Source: Pirellulaceae bacterium
GTDB lineage: Bacteria; Planctomycetota; Planctomycetia; Pirellulales; Pirellulaceae
Direction of reading: 5' to 3'
Length of the DNA stretch: 64,000 bases
Assembly: GCA_041747075.1 (NCBI GenBank)
Contig: JBGTFW010000169.1
Location: forward strand, 527-64,526
Under the pieces are notes generated by a model. That model was not told the DNA's origin. It searched no databases and saw only the letters and a list, made by a program, of their open reading frames with translations. Of the stretch, positions 19,469-29,330 are shown one piece after another. Within the stretch, counting starts at the first letter, position 1. Every line of letters begins with the position of its first letter. The position numbers and the translations under genes were made by a program.

Positions 19469-21889
19469 TTACTCGGCGGCGGTCCATTTCTTGTTGCGGA
19501 GGACGACCTTGCTCCAGTACGCATGCTGGCGATCGCCGCGCGTTCGCGCGTCCTCGAGAATGACGCGCCGGCTGGGAACAATCGGTCCGCGATAATCCTG
19601 GCCATTGGATTCGATTTCCAGATCGCGCGAAAAATCAACCAGACCAGGCAACAACCAGACGGTGGCGTTGTCGGAGGCCCCCCGAACGCGGATCGTATTG
19701 GGACGCGTCGCGTGGACCACGGCGCTGACTGTCCAGTTGTCGCGCTTTGAGGATTCCCAGTCTTCTTCCGGCGCGATCATCTTCGGGTTCCCGCTCAGGT
19801 CGACCTCGTACCACCAGAAGTAATTGTTCCAGGGGCGCATCGTGGAGCACTCGAATTCTCGCACGCCGAACTGTCGGGACTGCAACGCCATCCACGGCAT
19901 AAGGTTCGGCAACTCGTCGGAGAACATCTCGTTCCCCCGGCCCTGATACTGGACGATCACCGTTTGATAGTCTTTTGAGGTCATTCGCTTGTTCCACACG
20001 TTAGCGTTGAGTTCGCGCGCCGCAAAGTCGCGTCCTCCGTTGACAAAGTACCAGGGAATGATCCCGCGTCCGTTGGCAAAAGTGTGGTTGATGTACGTGG
20101 AGGCCCATGCTCCGATCGGGATCACGCCCGCCCAATGTTCCGGATGGGACTGGCCAATGTCCCAGGCACCGTTGGCCCCATCGCTGTGTCCCGAAAGGAA
20201 AACGCGATCGGAATCGATGGAAAAACGCCGCATCGCGTCCCTCAACGACTTGAGGACAATCGCGTGTTCCCGCTGGGTAAATCCCCATTGTCGCTGTTCA
20301 GGCGTTGCCCACACCGGCGAAATCACGATGTATCCGTTGCGAGTCGCGTGCCCGCTCCGGATGTTTAGCCGCGGATGCACCGCGCCGCACCACCATTGAA
20401 TTTCGTCGTGCGCCGCGGCGAGCCCGTAGGCCCCTCCGAGGCTTACGATGCACGGATACTTGCGCCATGGATCGTATTCAGGCGGCAACTGAATCAGGTA
20501 ACTGGCGCGTTGCGGCGGGTTTCCGATTTCGATCGGCATTTCCATTGGCTTGTCGACCAGGATTTCGTTGGCGCTGGGCGCAAGGGGAGGAGGAATATGT
20601 TTGAGAATCAAGTCGATGTACTTGACCGCGCCCCCCTCCATTCGATCCAGCTCGGTGAGGATTTCTTCGCGGCGTTGCAGGTCGGACGTCCGAAGGAACT
20701 CCGTTACGAGACGTTGCGCCTGCATCAGAGACTGCGTGAGCGCCATATTGTCGACCGCTTCCCCGGCACCCACGATCCAGCCGCTGAGGGCAAGGGAAAG
20801 TTTTTTAACGTCCGTCAGTTCCGCATCGTCCAGCAAGCGCGTGAACGTGGCCATCCGATCGAGATTCACAGGCCGAAGTTCACGCACGACGGTCCCGGTA
20901 TATTGTTCCGCAAGCGCCTTGAGGTCCCCCTCCAGGTCGCCGCTTGCGACCGCGCGGCCGGCGACCTCCTCAAACTGTTGGCGCACCTTGTCGACCTGGA
21001 GGGTCGGGGCCTCCATTTCGCGCCGCACGTCGTTGATGTCGACCAGCACGGCGCTGGCGAGGTCCGTTCGGTTCAGCAAGGGAGCCATCATCCGGGCCGC
21101 AAGTTCCGGTTGACCCGAATTTATTCTCAACCGCACCTCGTCGAGCATCTGCCGAGCGATCTGGCCGCGCAACAGTTCACTTCGCTTTTCCATTTCATCG
21201 CGAAGTCCGGGGAAATCACGGCGGATCGCCTGAAGCTCGTCTTCCGCCTGGCGGTACTTTTTCGCCTGGACCGCGAAATCGACGAGCCTCAATCGTTCGT
21301 TCGCATTTTCCGGATCGCGAATCTGCAAGTGCAGGACATCCATTAACACCTGGGTCGGAACCGACGAAAGGGCCAGTCGCATGTCCCAGCGGGACTCAGG
21401 TCCACCCGAATTGATGATCCCCTGGATGCGAACGTAACGTGGTGAAATCCCGGTGATTCCCTGAATCACCGTCTCTGGACCCCTGGACGTCATCGTCGTG
21501 ATCGTACGGCGTCCGTATTTATCGAGCGGACCGATGTTCAGGATGTCACCGGTGGCGGTGTTGTTCGCTTCCCCCTTGAGAACACGTTGCGGGATGTCAA
21601 AATGCTCTTCTTGCCGGTCCCACGGCGTTATCTTGTCGACGCTGAAGCTCGACACGAAGACATCGCGCAAGTCGTCGCTGATGAGGACAATTCCAAGTCC
21701 GGAGGAATCCGGGGCAACGTCCTGTACCGTGGCATCCATTGCCTTAAGGCGACCAACGTACCCGATAATCCGCATCCCGTTGTTTAATTCAACGGCTTGC
21801 AACTGATTGACGTCGACTTGCTGGGCCAGAGCTGACGGAAGGGGCAGGGCAGCGACGACGAACATCCAGGCGACGTGAATGCGGTTCAT
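19469..21889 (-). CDS. secreted protein with C-terminal alpha/beta-hydrolase (esterase/peptidase-like) domain
   Basis: The ATG at 21889 is preceded by gggag and gives signal peptide MNRIHVAWMFVVAALPLPSALAQ. The C-terminal part has the serine-hydrolase nucleophile elbow VFLSGHSDGANGAW. The N-terminal ~480 aa are unassigned. Confidence 0.6.
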   Translation of the reverse strand: MNRIHVAWMFVVAALPLPSALAQQVDVNQLQAVELNNGMRIIGYVGRLKAMDATVQDVAPDSSGLGIVLISDDLRDVFVSSFSVDKITPWDRQEEHFDIPQRVLKGEANNTATGDILNIGPLDKYGRRTITTMTSRGPETVIQGITGISPRYVRIQGIINSGGPESRWDMRLALSSVPTQVLMDVLHLQIRDPENANERLRLVDFAVQAKKYRQAEDELQAIRRDFPGLRDEMEKRSELLRGQIARQMLDEVRLRINSGQPELAARMMAPLLNRTDLASAVLVDINDVRREMEAPTLQVDKVRQQFEEVAGRAVASGDLEGDLKALAEQYTGTVVRELRPVNLDRMATFTRLLDDAELTDVKKLSLALSGWIVGAGEAVDNMALTQSLMQAQRLVTEFLRTSDLQRREEILTELDRMEGGAVKYIDLILKHIPPPLAPSANEILVDKPMEMPIEIGNPPQRASYLIQLPPEYDPWRKYPCIVSLGGAYGLAAAHDEIQWWCGAVHPRLNIRSGHATRNGYIVISPVWATPEQRQWGFTQREHAIVLKSLRDAMRRFSIDSDRVFLSGHSDGANGAWDIGQSHPEHWAGVIPIGAWASTYINHTFANGRGIIPWYFVNGGRDFAARELNANVWNKRMTSKDYQTVIVQYQGRGNEMFSDELPNLMPWMALQSRQFGVREFECSTMRPWNNYFWWYEVDLSGNPKMIAPEEDWESSKRDNWTVSAVVHATRPNTIRVRGASDNATVWLLPGLVDFSRDLEIESNGQDYRGPIVPSRRVILEDARTRGDRQHAYWSKVVLRNKKWTAAE

Positions 21890-22076
21890 GGAATCTCCCG
21901 GTTCTGAATGTTTCAATCCCTGCCGGATTATTTTACGCCCGGCGAAGGGCGGCAGTCACCTCTTTTCGCAGGAATTGATGGATATTGGCGGCGCTCGCGT
22001 TTTTTGACTCGAATTGCGAATTTGTCAACAATCATGGATTCCCGGTCCAGCTATAGTATCCGTCGGGTCCACGCCG

Positions 22077-22934
22077 ATGCCAGTCCGTTTCGTATGCCAG
22101 AACTGCCAAACGCGACTGACGGTCAGTCGCCGATTTGCCGGTCGTCGCGGCCGTTGCCCTGGTTGTCGCAAAAAAATTCGTGTTCCAGCGCTGCATTGGG
22201 ACAATTTGACCGGAGAGGAAGACGAATCGGTGGAATGCGAACCGCGACGATTGAATCCTCCCACAAGCGAACGCTCCGGTTCCCAACAAGGCTCATCCCA
22301 TCGCACCGCCAGTGCGCGTTATTCACGCGACGGGACCGAGGATACTCGGCGTTTGACGGACACCGTTGCCGTTCCCCGGTGGGTCGTCTACACGCAAGCC
22401 GCCTTGCTGGGAATCACTGCGACAAGTTTTTTTGTTTTTGGGCTGGCGGTGGGCGAGAGCACGCATGTGCCGGGCGTCGTCGCGACGAATCCCGTTGACG
22501 CGAGGTCGACCATTAACGGAACGGTGCTTTTCAGGAAAAACGGCGTCCCGCAAGTCGACAAGGGGGCCGTCCTGTTGCTTTTGCCAGTGGACCGCCGTCC
22601 TCAATCACGACCCGACCCGGAACCGTTGACTCCGGACGGGTTCGTGCCACTGGACAACCCGGCGATCGACGCCATTCGCGAAAATGGCGGGGAGGTCGTT
22701 CGCGTCGATCGGGTAGGGCAGTTTCAAGTGACCGTCGAAGCGAACCATGTTTACTGGTTGCTGGTCATTTCCCGCAACCAGGCAGCGGGTGACCAGAAGA
22801 TCGACAAGCAATTGCGCGCCGATCTTGGCGCATGGCTCTTTCCGGTCGAGGCGCTGCTGGGCGACCGCGCATGGGACTGGCGGCAAATACGTGTCACCGG
22901 GTCACAAATGGAGTTGCCGCGCATCGAATTTTGA
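22077..22934 (+). CDS. zinc-ribbon membrane protein, hypothetical
   Basis: The ATG at 22077 gives MPVRFVCQNCQTRLTV...CPGCRKKI (CxxC...CxxC). One TM helix (AALLGITATSFFVFGLAV), then a beta-rich extracytoplasmic domain. Confidence 0.55.
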   Translation: MPVRFVCQNCQTRLTVSRRFAGRRGRCPGCRKKIRVPALHWDNLTGEEDESVECEPRRLNPPTSERSGSQQGSSHRTASARYSRDGTEDTRRLTDTVAVPRWVVYTQAALLGITATSFFVFGLAVGESTHVPGVVATNPVDARSTINGTVLFRKNGVPQVDKGAVLLLLPVDRRPQSRPDPEPLTPDGFVPLDNPAIDAIRENGGEVVRVDRVGQFQVTVEANHVYWLLVISRNQAAGDQKIDKQLRADLGAWLFPVEALLGDRAWDWRQIRVTGSQMELPRIEF

Positions 22935-23107
22935 TATTATCGGCCAAACATACGAGGATCAAATTGAAAGGCCTGCACGTCCTGGACGCTCACTCGATTC
23001 GTCGGAGGACATCCATCACATCCTCAAATCCGATTCCGGTATCGAGCAAGTAAATCGGTCGTTCGCCGTTGAGCGCGCGAGTGGCGGTCAACAACCACGT
23101 TGCCGGG

Positions 23108-24835
23108 CTATCCAAGTATCTCGCGCTTGCGTTCGAGGTAGTCCCAGATGACGAACCGGTCGAGGTCGTTGCCCGAAGTGAAGATGACGCGACCTCGCGT
23201 GCTCTCGGCGATCCGGTAGGCGAACCGAATATCCTCCTCCGATTGCGACCAGCTTGGCACCAGAAACATGTTGATGATGATCCCCTCCTGCTGGCAACGC
23301 ATCGCTTCGCGCATCGTCGCGGCCTCGGTTTTCGCGTTAGCCGGGTACATGAGATGAAGAATCGAGTCCTCGAAGTGCGCGGTGGGCAACCCGTCGGTGA
23401 TGATAAACATCTGCTTGTTGGGTGTCGGCTTGCCCGCCAGTTGTTGCCGCGCCAGTCGCATCGCGTGCTGCATGTTCGTGAAGTGCTGGTGAACCATATG
23501 TTCGCTGACGTCTTCGCGGCTCATGTCGACCGTTAGCCGAACGAGCGGGTCGTACATTGTCACGGGCCGTGGCATGAGGGTGGCAATTTCCGAAGCGCGA
23601 CGAACCTTTCCAAAGGTGTACATTTCGATAAAGGTGAGAAAATCCCCCGGGAACTCGCCGCGAATCAGCCCATCCATCGCCAGCGCCATTTTCTTGACGT
23701 TGATGTACTGTCCCTCGTAACGCATTGATCCGCTCATGTCCATCACGACGGCGGTGGCGCAGCGCGGTGAATTGCGTGTCCGGTGGACCTCGATATCTTC
23801 CGCATGAAGGCGCAGCGGCATCGCGCTTCCCTGCCGGATCATCGCGTTGATCAGCGACTGGGGGATATCCATTTGCGCGACGGAATCGCCGAATTCGTAC
23901 GGCTTGGTCTGCTGCAGTTCGACGGCGCCTTCCCCGGTAACGGTGTTAGGGTGCCGTCCCGTCCGCGATTCCTTGAGTTGCCCGAAGATTCGCGCGAGCA
24001 ACTTGTTTTGGAAGACACGGTGGGCCTTTGGCGAAATCCGATACTGCTGGCCGTCGAATTCAACCCCTTGCCGCTCGGCTATTTCGCGCACGTAGTTTTC
24101 GATCATCCGCTGCATTTCCTCGAGCGTTTGGGTGTTTTGCTCGGGAATGAATTCCGAAAGCTGGTCAAGGTCGAGAATGGCGATTTGCGCGGTTTCGCGC
24201 GCCTCCTCGATCTGGCGCAGGAGTTCCTCAATCTTGTCAAGTTCCTCCTTGATCGCGAGAGCTTCCTCGATCGTCAGCGATTCGTTGCCGGTGAACCAGT
24301 ACTTTGAGGCGAGTTCGTCGATCTGGTACTTGTTTCCCAGGTGCTGCATAAGTAGGGGCATCCGCCGGGTGAAATCGGGTGCGGTTCGCCCGGCGGCGTA
24401 CCAGAGTCGTTCGAGATCGTAAAGCTGTTCCTCGCGGATCGCGCGGCGAAACCGCTCTTGCAACGTCCGCGGGGGCTGGACGGTTTCGGCGGCCTTGTGA
24501 AAGACCTCCCGCGCGAGTTCCTGAACGGAGTCGGTTTCGTATTTTTCGAGAATCTTGCGCCGCCGGTCCTCGAGGATCGCCTGAATCTGGTCAAGGCTCG
24601 GACCGAGGCTCGCGAACTGGGCGGCGTCGAGTCGCACGGCGCGCGCCAGTTCCTCCTCGCTCAACTGGCGCATCGTCCCGTAGGCGAGCAGATGCTCCAT
24701 CATCGGCGAAACGAGATCGGGAGGAGGCTGGGTCGGGCTGGGGAATTGTCCGGGATCGTATTTCTGGTACGTGTGAACGATCCCCCCGCGGCGCTGTATA
24801 TCGGATTGATCAGGTTTGGGCATTCGGGGGTTCAC
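23108..24835 (-). CDS. VWA domain protein (CoxE/BchD-like partner of the upstream AAA+ ATPase)
   Basis: C-terminal VWA with MIDAS DMSGSM and later IITDG, plus a long helical N-terminal region. The ORF start at 24835 is GTG. An ATG at 24823 is an alternative. Confidence 0.7.
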   Translation of the reverse strand: MNPRMPKPDQSDIQRRGGIVHTYQKYDPGQFPSPTQPPPDLVSPMMEHLLAYGTMRQLSEEELARAVRLDAAQFASLGPSLDQIQAILEDRRRKILEKYETDSVQELAREVFHKAAETVQPPRTLQERFRRAIREEQLYDLERLWYAAGRTAPDFTRRMPLLMQHLGNKYQIDELASKYWFTGNESLTIEEALAIKEELDKIEELLRQIEEARETAQIAILDLDQLSEFIPEQNTQTLEEMQRMIENYVREIAERQGVEFDGQQYRISPKAHRVFQNKLLARIFGQLKESRTGRHPNTVTGEGAVELQQTKPYEFGDSVAQMDIPQSLINAMIRQGSAMPLRLHAEDIEVHRTRNSPRCATAVVMDMSGSMRYEGQYINVKKMALAMDGLIRGEFPGDFLTFIEMYTFGKVRRASEIATLMPRPVTMYDPLVRLTVDMSREDVSEHMVHQHFTNMQHAMRLARQQLAGKPTPNKQMFIITDGLPTAHFEDSILHLMYPANAKTEAATMREAMRCQQEGIIINMFLVPSWSQSEEDIRFAYRIAESTRGRVIFTSGNDLDRFVIWDYLERKREILG

Positions 24836-24840
24836 AATCG

Positions 24841-25149
24841 TAGATCATTCAATCTCAAATCTCAAATCAACTCGGGCTCCAAAGCTTGACTCGGACTCTT
24901 GACTCTGGCTCTAAACTCTTGACTCTGGTTCTAAACTCTTGACTCTTGAACCCTAAACTTTGCCCTCATTGTTCCGTTCTTCAATCTGCGAGATCGGCGC
25001 AATCTGCGGATCAATTCGGTTTGGAACAGGAGGCAACCGAGGTAACCGAGACGGAACAGGTCATGTCAAATCTCATATCTCAAATCTGGCCTCTGACTCC
25101 TGCCCTCCGAATTCTGAACTTTCGGCTCTGGACTCTCGGCTCTGGACTT
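24841..25149. repeat. low-complexity (TCTCAAATC / GACTCT) tracts flanking a conserved core
   Basis: Fills the 314-bp spacer between the AAA+ and VWA genes. The core holds caatctgcg...gcgcaatctgcggatcaatt (shared, inverted, with 56851-56882) and an 8-bp long-range stem, tgttccgt (24970-24977) pairing with acggaaca (25051-25058). Confidence 0.85.
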
Positions 25150-26577
25150 TCAAATCTCGTAGGTCGTAACGCCGTGGCGTTCGGCGCGGGATATCTTGTC
25201 ACGCGAATAAAGACCCGCCAGCACAAATTCAACACACGAAGCGCGCACCGCGTCGGATTCCCCCGCGTTGACTTCAAAGGCCTTTTCCCAGACTTGCGGC
25301 ACCCGTTGCAGGATTTTCGAATAGTCGGGCGAGGGGACCATGTCGCCAACTTCGATTCGCACACCGCGCGAAAAAACCTCCGCGATCTCGTCGAGTCCGT
25401 GTTCCGACACGTATTCGTCAAAGACCACTGAAATCGCTTCGGCGATGATCCCGTCCAGCACCTGGCGCTCGCTCATCTGGTGGCTTCCCATGAGGTCCAG
25501 TTCCAATTTGCCCAGCGACGACGTATGCAGGTGCGCAAGGTCGCTGATTCGCGGAACAGCGGGGCGTTCATTGAGCACCACACCACGATGCCGCGCGCTG
25601 GAGACCATCGTTCGGTAGTTCGCGATGCTCAGCCGCGCGCTGACACCCGACTGGTGATCGACAAACTTGCTCTTCCGCGCCTGGATGGTGATTTGCTGGC
25701 AAATCTCCTTCATGAACCAGGGCATAACGACAGGATATGCGCCGTCGAGCGAAATGTTCGCCTCCTGATCGACGATCTGGATTTCCTGATCGCGATCGCG
25801 TGGATAATGCGTCTGGATGAGCGAGCCGATCCGGTCCTTGAGTTGCGGAATGACCTTGCCGCTGCGGTTATAGGTCGACGGGTTGGCGGAAAAGAGGATC
25901 AGCACATCGACGTCGAAACGGACGGGGAATCCGCGGATTTGCACGTCCCGCTCCTCAAGGATATTGAACAAGCCGACTTGCACCAGTTCGTCCAGTTCCG
26001 GCAATTCATTGACCGCGAAAATGCCGCGGTGCATTCGCGGGATCAATCCGAAATGCAGGGCGCTCTCGGCGGACATGCTCGTACCGCCGGCCAGCCTTGC
26101 GGGATCAATCTCGCCGATGATGTCGGCGAATTTTGTTCCCGGCGCGAGGCGCTCCGAGTACCGGTCCGCCGCGCGCCACCACTTGACCGGTACTTGCGAA
26201 GGGGAAAGTTCGGCTACCATCCGTCGTGCCACTTCACTGAGCGGATTCAACGGGTCTTCGTGGAACGGGGACTCCGGGCAATCGAGATAGGGCGTCAACG
26301 GATCGAGAAACTGGACAAGCGATCGCATCAGGCGGCTCTTGGCCTGGCCCTTCTCACCCATAAACAGCAGGTCGTGGCCCGCAAGCAACGCGATGTTCAG
26401 TTCCGGAATGACGGTATCGTCATAGCCGACGATTCCCGGATACAATGGACGTCCGTCGGACAACGCGTTGAGGAAATTCTCGCGAATCTCCTCCTTGATG
26501 GGCCGGGAGGTCCATCCGTCGTCGAGCAGGTCCTGAAGCGTTTGCGGGCGCGTGTGGGTCGAAACAGCCGAATTCAC
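25150..26577 (-). CDS. AAA+ ATPase, ChlI/BchI (Mg-chelatase-like)/MoxR-related
   Basis: Walker [13 protein letters not shown], Walker [12 protein letters not shown], then LILFSANP. The ORF extends to 26715 (GTG), but the GTG at 26577, preceded by gaaagga, is the likelier start. Confidence 0.7.
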   Translation of the reverse strand: MNSAVSTHTRPQTLQDLLDDGWTSRPIKEEIRENFLNALSDGRPLYPGIVGYDDTVIPELNIALLAGHDLLFMGEKGQAKSRLMRSLVQFLDPLTPYLDCPESPFHEDPLNPLSEVARRMVAELSPSQVPVKWWRAADRYSERLAPGTKFADIIGEIDPARLAGGTSMSAESALHFGLIPRMHRGIFAVNELPELDELVQVGLFNILEERDVQIRGFPVRFDVDVLILFSANPSTYNRSGKVIPQLKDRIGSLIQTHYPRDRDQEIQIVDQEANISLDGAYPVVMPWFMKEICQQITIQARKSKFVDHQSGVSARLSIANYRTMVSSARHRGVVLNERPAVPRISDLAHLHTSSLGKLELDLMGSHQMSERQVLDGIIAEAISVVFDEYVSEHGLDEIAEVFSRGVRIEVGDMVPSPDYSKILQRVPQVWEKAFEVNAGESDAVRASCVEFVLAGLYSRDKISRAERHGVTTYEI

Positions 26578-26799
26578 GACGTTTAATTCCTTTCTGTGTT
26601 CCGTGTCAACGACCCGCGGGCGGCAACCACGGGAACGATCGACAGGTTGTTGCGGCGATGGAAAAAGTACCTGGCGAGTAGCCACGGAAACAGGCGACAA
26701 GCACTTGCGAAACACCCGGGCGGCCGGCGCGGGAGCCGTGATTGTCGAGTTGCATTATACGCCGCCGGGCAAATAGACAACGCTTGACGCGAAATTTTC

Positions 26800-27468
26800 A
26801 TGAGGGTCACCAGCGAGAGCGAGAGCGGATGCAATGCAAGCAGGTGCGTTCGACCGATTCCGCGATTTGTTTATTTTGACCTGGGTAAGGTCCTCATCGA
26901 TTTCGATCACGACCGCGCCGTGAGGCAACTTTCCGATGTTTCCGGGATCGACCCTGAAATTTCCCGGGAAATTGTCTTTTCAAGACTGGGGACCGAATTT
27001 GAAAAGGGACAGCTCGACACGCCCGCCGTGTGCCGCCAATTTCGCGAAATCACCGGTGCCACCGCGTCGAACGAGTCGATTTTCGCGGCGATTTCAAATA
27101 TCTTCGAAATCAACGCGGAAATTATCCCGCTCGTCGCCGCGCTTCGTTCGGCAGGTGTTCGACTGGGTATCCTTTCCAATACTTGCGACGCGCATTGGTC
27201 GTGGCTGTTGAATGAGAAATACGCCCTCCTCGACCTTTTCCCGGTTCAGGCACTGAGTTTCCGGCTCGGTTCGGTCAAGCCGGAACGGGACATTTACCGC
27301 CGCGCGGCGGAACTGGCGGGTTGCGCGCCGGGGGAAATCTTTTTCGTCGACGATCTGGAAGCCAACGTCAATGGTGCCCTTTCAGCGGGTTTGGACGCGG
27401 TTCGCTTTGCCGGAGTCGCCGAACTTGCCCGCCAGCTTCGCCAACGCGGATTGCAATTCAATTACTGA
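26800..27468 (+). CDS. HAD-superfamily hydrolase (subfamily IA-like)
   Basis: Motif I FVYFDLGKVL, motif II ILSNT, motif IV FFVDDLEANV. Confidence 0.75.
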   Translation: MRVTSESESGCNASRCVRPIPRFVYFDLGKVLIDFDHDRAVRQLSDVSGIDPEISREIVFSRLGTEFEKGQLDTPAVCRQFREITGATASNESIFAAISNIFEINAEIIPLVAALRSAGVRLGILSNTCDAHWSWLLNEKYALLDLFPVQALSFRLGSVKPERDIYRRAAELAGCAPGEIFFVDDLEANVNGALSAGLDAVRFAGVAELARQLRQRGLQFNY

Positions 27469-27530
27469 CTATTCACTCCACAAGGCGCAGCCTCACGTGC
27501 ATCGACACGAACCCCACCGGACCCGCTCGA

Positions 27531-27818
27531 ACCGACGTATTTTCGCTGGGCGTGCTTTTGTACGAGTTGCTTACCGGTTCGACTCCAATCGACAAGGCGA
27601 CTTTGAAAGAAAAAGCAATTTTGCAAGTCCTCGCCTTGATCCGCGAGACAGAACCACCTCGCCCGAGTACTCGCCTGAGTCAATCAAAGGAAACGATCGA
27701 AGGCATCAGCAAGCAGCGAAAGATCGCCGCGCCACGGCTGGGCGACCTCCTCCGGGGCGAACTGGACTGGATCGTCATGCGCGCGATGAAAAAGGACCGC
27801 ACCCGCCGCTACGGCGAT
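27531..27818 (+). pseudogene. Ser/Thr protein kinase fragment (C-lobe only)
   Basis: TDVFSLGVLLYELLTGSTPI...LDWIVMRAMKKDRTRRYG corresponds to kinase subdomains IX-XI. No ATP-binding or catalytic-loop part lies upstream, because the HAD gene ends at 27468. Confidence 0.7.
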
Positions 27819-27894
27819 TGCTTCCTGACCATTGTGCCCGCTGTACGCCGAATCGTTGCAACAAGAGCACTGGATGGGTCAATATTTCAGATGC

Positions 27895-28068
27895 GACAAC
27901 TGATCGGCTACAATTGGCTTCCGTCGGGCTTGTCCCTGCGCGGGCGACAACTGATCGGCTACAATTCGCTTCCGTCGGGCTTGTCCCGGCGCGGGCGACA
28001 ACTGATCGGCTACAATTCGCTTCCGTCGGGCTTGTCCCGGCGCGGGCGTCAACTGATCGGCTACAATA
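27895..28068 (+). repeat. 51-bp tandem repeat, 3 full units plus a partial fourth
   Basis: The unit cgacaactgatcggctacaatt[g/c]gcttccgtcgggcttgtccc[t/g]gcgcggg occurs at 27895, 27946 and 27997, with a partial unit at 28048. Confidence 0.9.
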
Positions 28069-28206
28069 AAAAACGACGCCCCCGCTCTCCGCTGCGGGCT
28101 TGTCCCGGCGGAAGCAGCGATTTTGTTCCGCTTCAGCATGTGGAGTCGTGGCTCCCGCCGAGGCAAGCTCGACGGAGAGCCGTTTTCAGATGGAGGCTTT
28201 GATTTT

Positions 28207-28306
28207 GGTAGCTGATCAGTTGTGATCCCGCCGGGATAAACCCGGCGGAAATCAGCCCGGTGGGCGATGCCGTTGCCGGTAGCTGATCAGTGGTGATCCC
28301 GCCGGG
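28207..28306. repeat. two inverted partial copies of the 51-bp unit
   Basis: ggtagctgatcagt[tg]gtgatcccgccggg occurs at 28207-28235 and 28278-28306. It is the reverse complement of the cccggcg..acaactgatcggctac part of the tandem unit. Confidence 0.8.
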
Positions 28307-28339
28307 AGAGAAACGGAAGACGGACGTGCCAAAACCGAA

Positions 28340-29013
28340 TTCCTGCATTACATCGGCTGTGCCCAGATGCGGCTGAAGCGCTTCGACGAAGCAATTCAGT
28401 CGCTCGAAGAGTCCAATCGGCTGGCGGCAGAACGAGAGATTCCAAACCACGCCAACCAGATTTGTCTCGTGATCATCCATTTCAAACAAGGAAAAACCGA
28501 CGAGGCGAAAGAGGCACTCGCACAAATCGAAAAAGGAACTTGCCGAAGCTGGTGAGGAATTCAAACTGCAAGACTACACCGAGAACCTGCTGGAAGAAGC
28601 ACGGGAACTGATCGGTAAATAGTCGACAAATGTATTGGGAGTCAAGGCTCCTGCCGCGACCGTCTGCTGCGAATACCGCGGGCTCGTCCCGCGAAAGTTT
28701 ATGCTCTGGCCCTGCACGAGCAGCCTGGTTCCGCCTCGGTGAAATTCAAAAAGCGCTGGAGGCATTACTCAAGAGTCTTTCTCTAAACCAGGGCGGAGAC
28801 GAAATGCCTTTGCCTGCCGATACCGCATTTCTTGCCATGAGCTATCTGAAACCCGGTTAGCTCGAAGAAGCCAACAAGTATCGCGAACTGTTTGACGAGG
28901 CGTTGAATCTGGAGCAATTCAAGGACGACGAGGAGAACCAGGGTTTTGCCCGCGATGTTGAACAGGCATTTTCAGAAATCGAGGCGGGCGATGATTCGGA
29001 TGAAGGTGACTAA
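28340..29013 (+). pseudogene. TPR-type C-terminal fragments (kinase-associated), with a frameshift and an in-frame stop
   Basis: RLKRFDEAIQSLEE...KQGKTDEAKEALAQIEK continues as ELAEAGEEFKLQDYTENLLEEARELIGK only after a frame change near 28540. A second fragment, WFRLGEIQKALEALLKS...AMSYLKPG-TAG(28858)-LEEANKYRELFDEAL..., runs to the stop at 29011-29013. Confidence 0.6.
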
Positions 29014-29330
29014 CGAGATTACGCTCGAGGTCGGGTTTGGCGTCCATTGGGCGCAAAACAACCTGGAATCAGTGTGGCTGCTTCGCAGCTTGGGTTTGGT
29101 TGGTTCATGGGGTTGCGCCGGCTGGTCGCCGGTTCCACTCCATGCTTTATAATGTCGTGGCTTCGCCACCGGGAATGATTCGGGACGTGTAGCCACGTCT
29201 ACTATGGCGTTTTTAGCTGCGAAGAAGCCCCATCAACGCGGCAGCAAACGAAACCCCATGAACGCGTTCGCCGACGAAATCCTTGAGTCCAATACCGCCC
29301 AAAGCTGCGGAGCAGCGGCACAACAACGAT

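Noticed and set aside
27321-28202. 293-aa ORF with repeated RGRQLIGYNSLPSGLS peptide units
   Set aside because: Its 5' part overlaps the HAD gene out of frame. The middle is the kinase fragment. The repeated peptide is only the translation of the 51-bp tandem DNA repeat. It is not a genuine gene.
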